The notes under the pieces are model-generated. The model saw only the letters and a list, made by a program, of their open reading frames with translations, ran no database searches and was not told the DNA's origin. The position numbers and the translations under genes were made by a program. Below are positions 24,401 through 36,265 of a stretch of 64,000 bases of DNA, piece after piece. Location: contig JBHGNT010000012.1 of NCBI GenBank assembly GCA_043228905.1, positions 13,206,001-13,270,000 on the forward strand, in the 5' to 3' direction. Numbering within the stretch: the first letter of the stretch is position 1; each line of letters begins with the position of its first letter. Source of the stretch: Azolla caroliniana (Eukaryota; Plantae; Polypodiophyta).

Positions 24401-27400
24401 TTATTATAAAACCAGGGATAACCCAATATTACATCGGTGGTACAAAGATTCATTACATGGAAGTCTACTTCCTCTATATAAGTATCAATAGAAATTCCTA
24501 ATGAATGAATCGCCCCGTTGATGTATTGTACTCTTCCATCAGCCAAGTGCACCGTGTAGGTGTGATCACTTACGGTAGGTTGGATTCCCCATATCTGAAC
24601 CAAACGATCATTCACAAAATTGTGTGAGCTTCCCGAATCAAATAAAAATTGTACGGGAGATCCATTGATATACCCGTTTGCACGTAGTAAATCATTGGGA
24701 CCCAATACATAGTGAGGGAAAGAACATTGACAATTACTTAAATGATGTCTATAGACCTGAAGGACATTAGGAATCTGACCTTTATGGTCTGCAGATTTAG
24801 CTTTGTTGTCGTGCTCTTTCCGTTGGAGCTTTCGACATTGATCTTTTGTATGACCCTTCTTTTTGCAGAATACACAAAAAGGATGTTGTCGCTTACAATC
24901 GCGATCCAGGAATTCGTTGGGTGTCTTGCGTATCCCAACAAATTGCGACTGCTTAGTCCCGGGCGCTTCGTTGGGTTTGTTATGGTCCTTCTTCGAAGTG
25001 CGTTGATAGCGAAGAACTATTTCAACGGCCTCTTCGAAGGATTTTGGATCCTTATTCCAGTGATAGTCCGAATTGGGGATGCCATTGACAAAACAAGCTA
25101 TCAACCAATTGTCCCCTTCTAGACCCGATTTTTTTATTTGGGTTCTAGCATGGTGAACATAGTCTTCTAGCGAGGAAAATTTCCTGCTAGAGAGGTTCAT
25201 TAAAGTTTGTGCTGCCTCGGTTTGAGAGGGAGGTTGCAGAAATTGGCCCTTAAAAACCGTGACAAAATCTGTCCATATATCGGGCAATTTCCCCATAGTA
25301 CCGAGGCCACGCCACCAGGCAGCGGCCTTACCCCCGAGTTCTCGGCCGACATATGCAATCTTCGTACTATCTGGCGTGGGATAGAGCTCAAAATGAGACT
25401 CCCATCGTCCCAACCATGTGCAGATTGCTTCTTCGGTTCTTTCCTTTTTGTCTCCCGTAAATGGCTTAACGATAAATGATGGTTCACCTTCTCGCTCATC
25501 AGGTCTATTAGTCTCATGCTGTAGACTAATGACACGTGCCTCAAGAGCACTCTGAGATTGCCGAAGTTCGGTCATCTGTTAAGCGGTGAAACTAAGGTAT
25601 TGGGTTATTTGTGCCAAATACATCTCTGTGGACATTTGTCCAAGAGGATTCCCTTGAGTTCCTTCCGCTTGAGCGGATGACATCGGGTCGTTAATTTGAG
25701 CCATTAAAAATTATTTCTGGAAAAGAAATAGGATAAGGTCAGAGATATAGTCATAACATCATGTCGTGATGTAAACATATCATGGGCGAGCATTAATTGA
25801 TATCATGATCTCACGTCATTACCCCTCTAGACGTATGAGATGAGGTTCAAGATCAGGTTACTATGGTAACACAAAGGTGTTTTAAAAACCATGGGGGTGA
25901 CAAATAAATGTCTTTCCCTTATCTCTATATCGATTTTTTCATGGTGGCTCCCCGAGGCTCAACCATGTATGTTCGCGTCATGAATAGTTTATACACGAAA
26001 AAAATGTTAATAATAAACTATGTTTCGGTGCCCACATATGTGGTTTCGGCTCTTTAAGTCCTATTACGAGGACCCCGAGGTGCACTTAGACCTTAAGTCT
26101 AAACATGTGTTATAGTCATATGTATCAAGGATGTTGTATGGTCTTGGTCATATTTGAACTCGAGACCTCGAGAACAAATACATTAAACACTTGAGCCAAC
26201 CAAGTAAGTTGCTCTTCTCGAATGCTTAATGTTTGATGTGTATAAGAGATATGCGAGATCATATATGTTTTTTTTCAAAGAACATATATGTCAAGGGTCC
26301 TTATTTACCAAAACTATGTTGGTACGTTACCTAACCTCAAGTCTCGTAATAACGATGGCATACGCCAAAGTGCAACCTAATGGTCAAGCCAAATCAGCCC
26401 TCGTTTCGTAGTAGGCTCACGTGGGCCATCACATGGTCACGTTATTACGAATGCCTCTCGTAAGAACGAGCTCATGGTGGCATCGTATCCATGTAACGAG
26501 GGAGGGATGTTGGATACGTGCGTCATTGGAGCGACCTCACTTGAAGTGGGTCAAGCCCTACGTACTCAACATCATTATGGCTATTGGCGTTTCTTTACGT
26601 AACGAAATCGAGGTCATCAACGGGGTTATCAACGATAAAAAATTGTTGAAAAAGGGATGGTGACAACGCCATTCTCACAAAAATGTGAGGACGGCCACCA
26701 ACATCCTTTTCCCGACAAGGACAACTTTCGATATAATCACGTAATAACGAATATACACATATGTTTACTTATCACATATATACGATCAAATATGTATATA
26801 TGTGACCACATATGCCTATATTAAACATATCGTTATATTAAATAGCCACAAATGATGTGATCGAGATACGTAATCGAGGTATATACCTCTACGCACACGA
26901 AACATCCACAAATAAGAGATCATCATAATACGCAATTGAGGTATTGACCTCTTACGCATACGAGACCAACTGCGTATCGTTTACAACAAATCAAGGTATT
27001 AAACTCATACGCAAACGTAACATATGTTCGTGAACGTAATACGTAATTGAGGTATTACCCTCGTACGCATACGACACTCATCACATATTATTAATATGTC
27101 AAACAAGGTATTGACCTCGTGCACATATGTAAACGTTTTAAATAATCAATTAAAGACCACTACAACATCATTGACTTAATGAAAAAAATTACATATAAAC
27201 TAAACACATGATTAGATGGGAGAAGAGAGAATAGAAAGAAAAATTATGGAAAGAGTTACCGAAGTTCTTTGTTGATCGTTGTCTGGATCAAGGCCAACCG
27301 CACAACGATCGATCAGCATCAATCAAAAGACAAATGAAAAATAAAGAAACATTAATACAAAAATCTGATACCAAATATTATAGATCTAGGTACTAAAGTA

Positions 27401-27830
27401 AGCTTAAGATAAGGATAAAGAAATGAAAGATAGAGAGCAGAAAGAGAAAGAAGGGTGCCGATCCACCCGACCACCCCCGAGCGAAGGGATCGAGACAGAC
27501 TCGAGCCTCGATCGGCGTCCCATACCACCGCCGTGGCGTCGAGTCGTACCTGGTGCTGGCGCGCTCGCTACAAGAGTTGACCCACCACACGAGCAGAGTC
27601 TCGATGTAGTCAAAAGATGATCCAATGAGGGTAGCTAGGCCTCTTATTTATAGCGATACCCAAGGCCCCCATGCAAGTTCACACTTGACCTAATGGGTTG
27701 TCTCAATCCCGAGGATTAAAAGTAATCCTCCCCTTCTTTACACTCTCGTTTAACCCTCACACTTATCCACGTGTATAGAATACTACGGTAAATTCTTACC
27801 ACGGGATATTATATGGTCATGCCCGTAACA
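21478..27830 (-). mobile_element. Gypsy chromovirus, RT-deleted non-autonomous copy
   Basis: 455-bp near-identical LTRs (21478-21932 and 27376-27830), TSD AAAGT, PBS TGGTATCAGA. Gag-PR about 25705-23990, RNase H 23396-23962, integrase and chromodomain (RILD...KW...ATWE) 21919-23280. No RT core. Confidence 0.93.
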
Positions 27831-27999
27831 AAAGTGCTGACACCCAACAAGCTGGACGCATGCCGGAAGAGAATCGGACTGGTAGGACACCCCACGCCGG
27901 AGTGAAGGGGGAGTTTGTTGGGAGACAGGTCCCTCCAGATGGGAAGGGAGAAGATCAGTGCCGATGAAAAAACGAGGCCGAGGCCGATAGGCCTCGGCC

Positions 28000-28450
28000 G
28001 AAGACCGGATGAGGTGGACCCGGCCACGGAGAGCCAGATGATGCAGACCCGGTGAAGACCGGATGAGGAGTACCTGGCTACGGAGAGCCGGATGATGCAG
28101 ACCCGGTGAAGACCGGATGAGGAGTACCTGGCTACGGAGAGCCGGATGATGCAGACCCGGTGAAGACCGGATGAGGAGTACCTGGCTACGGAGAGCCGGA
28201 TGATGCAGACCCGGTGAAGACCGGATGAGGAGTACTTGGCTACGGAGAGCCGGATGATGCAGACCCGGTGAAGACCGGATGAGGAGTACCTGGCTACGGA
28301 GAGCCGGATGATGCAGACCCGGTGAAGACTGGATGAGGAGTACCTGGCTACGGAGAGCCAGATGATACAGACCCGGTGTGAACCGGATGAGGAGTACTCG
28401 GCTACGGAGAGCCAGATGGTGCAGGCCCGGTATGAACCGGATGAGGAGAC
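28000..28450 (+). repeat. 54-bp tandem repeat in Copia-2 3' LTR (8 units plus a partial; 3 plus a partial in the 5' LTR near 16957-17140)
   Basis: Unit gaagaccggatgaggagtacctggctacggagagccggatgatgcagacccggt. Confidence 0.92.
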
Positions 28451-29469
28451 ATATTCGTAAATATGTTTCTGAGAGCCTATCGAGGCTACATTTGTAAATA
28501 GCCGAAAAGTCATATTAGTATAAATATGACTTAGGGCAAAACTTTTTTGTTACTGGTGTTGTCATTTTTCTTGCTGGTGCAAGAAGAAGAGAGAGTGCGT
28601 AATTGTACAGAGAGAGACGAGGTCGTTGCCTCTGTTGTAACCGCCGCCTGTGGCGAAGATCGTGAGTCCGAGGTCGTTGCCTCCGTGAACTCACTGTTTT
28701 GTACATTCATACATAGTGACAGTTTGCAGCCTGTGGGCTGCCGTGGTTTTTTCCCCTAGTTTGGGGTTTTTTTCCACGTTAACCTCCTGTGTATCTTTCT
28801 CCTCTTTGTGTCGTGTTCTATTTCCCGTTTTCTGTGTATGAAAAGAATCTCGGTTGTGGCCGAGCGTTGCGCATAAGGAGCTAGGAGTTCCCGTCATCTT
28901 ACTCTCTCTTGCGTTTTTCAACTTCTGTACACACTATCTCTCTTACTCAGTTCGTCTCTACATACTACGTGTTTGCCCTAGTTGCATATATACTTACGCA
29001 ACTTTCTGGTTATTTACATACGTAGCCCTCATGGGGTACATTCTTTAGACTATTTACAAATATAGTCTCCCGAGTTGGCTATATATACGATTCCGGTTTC
29101 GGCCTCGGCCTATCATCAACTCGACTCCTGTTTTTCGACTGTCGGCCTTTTCGAACAATCGGATCTTCCTCCCACTGGAGGGACATATCCCAACACAATT
29201 GACGATGTTTTTTTTTTCTGCCCAATACTTTCATATCGCTTGTTGTGTCCTGATAGCGTCATCCCTATCCTGATGATCATTGAGGGGTAATTCTAAACAC
29301 CCTCCTTCCCCTTCCATTTGTCTTGACATATTTAAACCCTAATTTTCCTGAGAAAAAGACACGTATTTAAGATGGTTATGGGCAACAACAATACACAAAA
29401 ATATTCCGCAATACCCAAGATTATACAAAACAATACACAAGATAATCAATAGAGAGAATAGTTATTGCA

Positions 29470-29995
29470 ATCTAGAACCGAAAAATGGTGGTAATCCAGG
29501 GCCAAATAGTGGCAACAACTAAGTGTAGAATGGCGGTAGTGGAGGAGTGAACTTCGTTTGATCGAACAGTTTTGGCAATCCAGGACCGAACAATGGTGGC
29601 AACTGAGTGTGGAATGATGGTAATGGAGGAGTGAATTCCGTCTGATCGAACAATGGCAGATGATGCTTGGAACGCACAGTGACGACAACTGAGAGTAGAA
29701 TGGCCATAGTGGAGAAGGAGTGAACTCCCTCGGATCGAAAAGTGGCAGCAATACACGACCAAACAATAGCGGCAACTGAGTGTAGAATGGTGGCAATGGA
29801 TGAGTGAATTTGGCAGATGATGCTTGGACTGAACAGTGGCGGCAACTGAGTGCAAAATGGCAGCAATGGAGGAGTGAACTCCGTCGAATTGAACAGTGGT
29901 AGATGATACGCGGATTGCATAGTGGCGGTAACTGAGTGTAGAACGGCGGCAATGGAGGAGTGGACTCAATAGGGTTTAACAACAGTGGTAGTAAT
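29470..29995. repeat. Degenerate tandem repeat (about 60-90 bp units) upstream of the transposase
   Basis: Recurrent ggcaactgagtgtagaatggcggcaatggaggagtgaactcc...atcgaacaatgg. Confidence 0.75.
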
Positions 29996-30602
29996 CTAAG
30001 ACAAAATACTCAACCAAAGATGGCCCACGTGATGTGGCAAAGGAACATGCATAATGGTCCTAGGAATTCGGTATATAATTTATGGTGCACATATCAATTT
30101 ATGTTGCACATTTATGGTGCTCATTTATATAATTAAAACTCTCTACTATTTTCAATGGTAGCTTTTTGCATAGCTAATTAGCTATGTCAAGGACATAGGT
30201 AATTGTTTCCACTCACATGCTTTCACCCACAATTGGAAGTCGACATCATGCTATCTTTTCACATAGCCATATCATGGAGTTTGAAGCTTCAAGAATGCAT
30301 GGTCATGTCTACCACAGAGTCTTAGTATATAGCAACATCAGAGGCAGCGAAGGAAGCCATCTAGTTGCACCAACTATCAGCCGACTTCTCGGTGACAAGA
30401 CGAATCGACCATCTAGCGCGGACCAACTATTGTGACTCTCAAGGCGCAATATACCTCATTCGAAATCCAATCTATCATGCGAAGACAAAACACATTGAGG
30501 AATGATTTCATCATATCTAGGAGCTCATAACAGAGAAGAAACTCGAAGTTCGGAAGATCGACACCGAGGTGAACATCATCGATTGCTTGACAAAGCCACT
30601 CT

Positions 30603-33600
30603 TGTCATGAAGACAACATTTTGGTTATCCAGAATCGAACCCACGACTTCTTGGTCTATGTGTTGAACCCTTAACCATTGTAATAACATATATGTTGTGT
30701 GATTATAATAATTATGTTTCTAGTTATTACAAGATATTAGAATATTCTAGAACATTCTAGAACATTCTAGATTATTCTAGAACATCTTTTAATATTTCAT
30801 GATTATATTTCTTATCATAAAATCTAAAATATTCTAGAACATTCTAGATTACTCCATAAGGACCTATAAATAACTGTCTATACATTCGTTTCAACTCATT
30901 CGGTTCAACACTAGTCTTTAGCCCTTAGCCTACTCATTGTGATCTTGTTTCATCATAATATAATCTCATTTTTATTTCAAGTCTTATCTCTCTCTCACAC
31001 TCTCTCTCTCTCACGCACACACACACACACCCTCTCTCTTTCGTTCTCACTCTCACTCTATCTTCTACCCACGAGTCTCGACAGTTTGAACTGAATATTT
31101 CTGTTTCCTTTTCCAATAACCCTAGTAAGCTTTCTTCTTTTCCCTTCTTTCTTTTTCTCCCTCAGTTATGGAATCCGTCAGCAAGCAAGAGTATATGTGT
31201 GTCCTTTCTGAGCTCGACATGCTCACGACTAAGTTTGTGGCATTAGAGCAAGAAAATCATAGGCTACTTGGGGATTTACAACAAGTGAGTACCGAGAAAG
31301 CTCATCAATATAAGGAGTTATCACAACGGGTTCATCAACTCGAGGCTACTATATTAACATTACGAGAACAAGCGGCGGGGGTTCAAAACTCCCCAAGGGA
31401 ACCAAAGATTAGCCTCCCTGCCAACTTTGATGGTACCCGATCTTTGTTTTGAGGTTTCCTGAATCAAGTCCGTTTGGTGATTCAGTTACATCCCAATCGG
31501 TACCCAACTGATGCTGCTCGTGTGGGATTAATAGGAACCTTGCTAAGCGGTACCGCATTAGCATGGTTTGCACCACTTCTAGAGAAGAAATCACCATTGT
31601 TGGAGGATTTCGAGACATTCGTTAAAGAGTTTCAAGCTAGTTTTGGAGACACCGATAGCACTAGAATGGCAATAAACAAGATTCGAAGACTCTGACAAGG
31701 AGATTGTCCCGCTTCAGCCTACGCAGCAGATTTCCGTCTCTTGGCATGTGACATCCCTTGGGATAAGGCAGCCTTAATGGATCAATTTCGTTAGGGTTTG
31801 CGTAACGATGTCAAAGATCTTCTTCTTACTTTCCACGAAGATCCAAAGTCTCTTACAGAGGCCATTAGTCGAGCTGTGCGATGTGATAATCGCCTATTTG
31901 AGCGACGTTCTAAACGTCAACAAATGCTACGCCGTCAACTGGAACAGACGTATGCTTCAATAGTCGCAACACCACCACAAGTTCCCATACCCGTTACGAG
32001 GGATGGTCCCACTCCGATGGAAATAGAGTCAACACAACGTCGAGGGCCTTTATCAGATGCTGAGAAACAACGACGTCAGGCGCATCGCCTATGCCTCTAT
32101 TGTGGTGGTCCATGACATATTGCTATGAATTGTCCACATAAACCCAGACGACAAGTTTACCAAGTAAGTGTACATGACAACCCTACCATGAGTTCTACTA
32201 TCACTTCTAATAACTTAAATACTAAGCCTAATAACCCATGCCATGAGAATAAATTTGATGTCTTGAGCCAATTAGAGGATGTGTTAAACGAATAAGTCCG
32301 GCCAAAATAGGAGCCATTTGGTTGGAACATCCTAGATATGTAGAGTCTATACCTAGTTGTGGTTCCATTTCATCAAATCAAGTTAGTAGAGTTTTTTCTG
32401 CACAAGTCGAGCTTAGCACATCTATAGGTCATCGAGTCCTAGCCTCTGCCCTCCTAGATTCTGGAGCCAATTCTTGTTTCATGGATCGCGAGTTTGCATT
32501 GACCCAAAACATCATCTTGAACAAGCTCCCGAACCCAGTAGCTGTAGGAGTCATTGATGGTCACCCTATAGCATCAAGTGATATAGTCGAAGAGTCTGAA
32601 TCAATTCATGTAGTCCTAGGTAATTTGGCTAGTATCACCTCATTCAACATCATTAGTAGTCCAGAGCACTCTCTAGTTCTTGGTCTTCCTTGGTTTGAGT
32701 TACATAACCCAACTATTGATTGGAGAAAAAGAACTATTGAAGAGGTCATAGTACAGTCCGAGTCTCTTGAAACTCCAACAAAGGATCTAGGATCCCACAT
32801 GATTTCAACAATCTCTATACATCAGTTACGAGAGGATGGAAGGAAGGAAGACATGATGGTGTTTGCGGTTTTAGCAACTCCCTCATCTACCTCACAAGAA
32901 TTGGGGGTCCAATTACCAAAGAAGTACATAGAATTCTCCGATGTGTTCGATAAGGTGAAGGCTAATAGATTACCAGAGCATCGACCCTATGATTGCCCAA
33001 TTGATTTGCAGCCAGGAAAAGAGCCTCCATGGGGGCCAATTTATAAACTTTCGCCCACGGAGTTAGAGGTTCTTCGAGAATATATAGATGAGAACCTGGC
33101 AAATGGTTTTATCCAACATTCAAGATCTGCTGCTGGTGCACCCATCTTTTTCGTTAAGAAGAAAGATGGTACGCTTCGTATGGTCATGGATTATCTGGGC
33201 TTGAATAAAGTAACTATTAGAACCGATATGCTCTACCATTGATCTCAAGCCTTCTAGAACGCCTCAGTGGAGCAAAGTATTTCACGAAGTTAGATCTTCG
33301 AGGTGCCTACAACCTTGTTCGAATTCGTCTTGGGGATGAATGGAAGACCGCATTCCGCACTCGCTATGGTCATTTTGAATATACAGTGATGCCATTTGGT
33401 CTCACGAATGCACCAGCAATTTTCCAACATATGGCGAATGACATTTTTCGAGACTTCCTCGATATCTTCAATCATAGTTTACTTGGATGATATCTTGATC
33501 TACTCAAAAACTCAAGAGGAGCATGAGATACATGTTCGCCAAGTTTTGCAACGGTTACGAGAGTATGGTCTCTATGCAAAATTGGAGAAGTGTAGTTTCG

Positions 33601-36265
33601 ACCAGTGTCAAGTGGAATTTTTGGGGTACATAGTCTCTTCAAATGGCATCTCTATGGATCCATCAAAGGTTCAAACAATTTTGGATTGGCAAACACCACA
33701 GTCTATGCGAGATGTACAATGTTTTTTGGGGTTCGCAAACTTTTATCACAAGTTCATCAAAGATTATTCAAAGATTGTATTGCCCCTCACTCAACTAACG
33801 CGCAAGAATCAACCATTTGTATGGGGTATAGATGCGAACTCCGCATTTGAGGGTTTAAAGCAAGCATTTACATCTGCACCAATTTTAATGCATGTCGATC
33901 CAATGAGGCACTTTATACTTGAAGCTGATGCATCTAATTTCGCACTCAGAAGCGTACTATCCCAGATTGGTGAAGATGGCGAACTGCACCCTGTGGCTTT
34001 TCACTCACGGAAATTTGAAGCCGTAGAAATCAACTATGAGATTCACGACAAAGAGCTTCTTGCCATTGTGGATTCTTTCCAACAATGGCGTCATTTTTTG
34101 GAGGGTTCTTCTCAACAGATTATTGTCTTCAATGATCACAAAAATCTAACATACTTCCAAAGTGCTCGAGTCTTTCGGGAGCAGATTGCGACAAATGCAT
34201 TCGCCCAAGAGGTTTTGAGTCATATTATCCCAGATCGTGCTTCCAGCTCTCAATCTAAAAATCCTCGTCTAGACTACACCCAGTTCAATTGGCATGATGG
34301 TTTGCTTTTTCGACAAACTCTCTTGTATGTGCTTGACGGTCCTTCTCGACTCAAAGTCGTGCAACAATGTCATGACACGCCAATGGCTGGACATTTCAGC
34401 ATCCACAAGACTTTTGAGTTGATTTCTCGCCGATATTGGTGGCCACGGCTTCGCCATTTTGTTACGGATTATGTTCGTAGTTGTGATACATGTTGCCGAT
34501 CAAAAAAGCCTCGACATCATCCATATGGCCTATTACAGCCAATGCCTATTCCGGAGAGGCCCATGGAAATCTATTTCCTTGGACTTTATTACGGATCTTC
34601 CACCTTCCAAGGGATTTGATACTATTCTCACGGTAGTCGATCGTTTTACGAAGATGGCGCATTTCCTTCCATGCACGAAGACCATTAGTAGTCAAGAGAC
34701 AGCCGATTTACTCATGCGGGAGGTGTTTCGCCATCATGGTCTTCCGGATGATATTATCAGTGATAGGGGTCCCCAATTCATCTCGAAATTTTGGCAGCAC
34801 ATGTTCAAACTCTTACATACTTCTTGTAAACTCTCTTCCGGCTACCATCCAGAGACTAATGGGCAGAGTGAGCACACCAACCAAACAGTCGAACAATATC
34901 TACGTTGTTTTGTCAACTATCAACAAGATGATTGGGTGGAATTATTACATTTGGCGGAATTTGCTTACAACAACTCCGAACATTCTTCTACTGGCTATTC
35001 CTCATTTTTTGCTAACATTGGGTACCATCCTCATTGGACGATGCTTGAACATCCCGAACTCCCGAAAAACCCGACTGCTAAAGATCGGCTCACTCGACTC
35101 CAAGAAATTCAAGATATACTTTTGCATCATTTATGTGATGCCCAAAACACTCAAAAGAAGATTGTTGATCGTCATCGGCGTGATTCATCGACTACGTTTC
35201 AAGTAGGAGATCGTGTATGGCTCTTACAAGGTAGCATTAAAACCACTCGACCTTGCTACAAATTGGATTATCACCGTTTCGGCCCATATGTGATCTCTGG
35301 TAAGATCAATGATGTGACATTTCGTCTTGATCTCCCTCCTCATATGCGTCTTCACCCGGTCTTCCATGTTTCACTTTTGGAGCCCTACACAACAAGCTCT
35401 ATTCCGGGTCGTCTTACACCTCCCCCACCTCCAATCGAAGTTTCCAATGGCTCTGAATATGAGGTTGCTGCTATTCTCGACTCCAAGATCATCCGCAACA
35501 AACTATATTATTTGGTTTATAGGTTAGGTTATACACCTAATGATCGAACATGGGAGCCTGCCGAGCCGCAACAAACTATATTATTTGGTTTATTGGTTAG
35601 GTTATACACCTAATGATCGAACATGGGAGCCTGCCGAGCATCTTGTTAATGCCTCCGACATGGTTGTTGCATTTCACAACAAATATCCCCATAAACCAAG
35701 TCCGAACTCTTGTCTTCCAACTTGTGGAACTCGTCATCGAAAGGGGGGGATAATGTCATGAAGACAACATTTTGGTTATCAAGAATCGAACCCACGACTT
35801 CTTGGTCTATGTGTTGAACCCTTAACCATTGTAATAACATATATGTTGTGTGATTATAATAATTATGTTTCTAGTTATTACAAGATATTAGAATATTCTA
35901 GAACATTCTAGACATTCTAGATTATTCTAGAGCATCCTTTAATATTTCATGATTATATTTCTTATCATAAAATCTAAAATATTCTAGAACATTCTAGATT
36001 ACTCCATAAGGACCTATAAATAACTGTCTATACATTCGTTTCAACTCATTCGGTTCAACACTAGTCTTTAGCCCTTAGCCTACTCATTGTAATCTTGTTT
36101 CATCATAATATAATCTCATTTCTATTTCAAGTCTTATCTCTCTCTCTCTCACTCTCTCTCTCTCTCTCTCTCTCATTCTCTCTCTCTCACGCACACACAC
36201 ACACACCCTCTCTCTTTCGTTCTCACTCTCGCTCTCACTCTATCTTCTACCCACGAGTCTCGACA
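30603..36265 (+). mobile_element. Gypsy chromovirus, Tcn1/Tf1-sushi-like (element A), decayed
   Basis: LTRs 30603-31083 and 35754-36265, TSD ACTCT/ACTCC, PPT aaggggggga. Sushi/PEG10-like Gag (PKISLP..FDGTR), PR (LLDSGA), RT (YLDD), RH, INT and chromodomain. No tRNA PBS. Confidence 0.93.
30740..30848 (+). promoter_or_regulatory. Heat-shock element arrays (alternating nGAAn/nTTCn) upstream of the LTR TATA box
   Basis: gaa-ta-ttc-ta-gaa-ca-ttc-ta-gaa-ca-ttc-ta-gat-ta-ttc-ta-gaa at 30740-30782, a second cluster near 30826-30848, TATAAA at 30865. Confidence 0.75.

Larger units (their letters stand above)
16873..28896 (+). mobile_element. Ty1/Copia LTR retrotransposon (Copia-2), interrupted by a chromovirus
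   Basis: LTRs 16873-17548 and 27916-28896, TSD TCTTA, PBS TGGTATCAGAGC at 17551, PPT before 27916. Gag-PR-INT-RT-RH from about 17578 to 21477 with stops and a 19-bp duplication frameshift near 19424-19465. Confidence 0.95.
16590..29195 (-). mobile_element. Solo LTR (about 577 bp, Copia-type) split by Copia-2 into 16590-16872 and 28902-29195
   Basis: TG...CA ends with TSD CAATT (16585-16589 and 29196-29200). Carries a ccgtggttttccc...gggtttccacg hairpin shared with the Copia-2 LTR. Confidence 0.8.
7475..29270 (-). pseudogene. Sola-like DDD transposase, fragmented (segments about 29270-29201, 16589-15946, 14280-12892, 7886-7475)
   Basis: Motifs F..LKP..V..TCCC..H, VDFVENY..Q.EIQSMHW, WYDGAASQFK, WNFFGSSHGKGEQDG and a C-terminal CxCxxC-W-C. 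The frame rejoins after removing TEs (KHRQL|LKDIK; GNWRH|CLNKVY) and a GT-AG intron at 14281-15945. Superfamily assignment is from motif recall. Confidence 0.7.

Noticed and set aside
26860-27130. CRISPR array
   Set aside because: Repeats are degenerate and lie in a plant retrotransposon UTR with no cas genes. Kept only as a hairpin array.
27809-28513. 234-aa repetitive ORF on the minus strand
   Set aside because: By-product of the 54-bp (multiple of 3) LTR repeat.
29446-29982. Three overlapping His/Cys/Pro-rich ORFs
   Set aside because: All are translations of a degenerate tandem repeat, with no domain signal.
31168-32295. Domesticated PEG10/RTL-like gag gene
   Set aside because: It lies inside an LTR- and TSD-bounded element and has several stops, so it is ordinary sushi-type gag.
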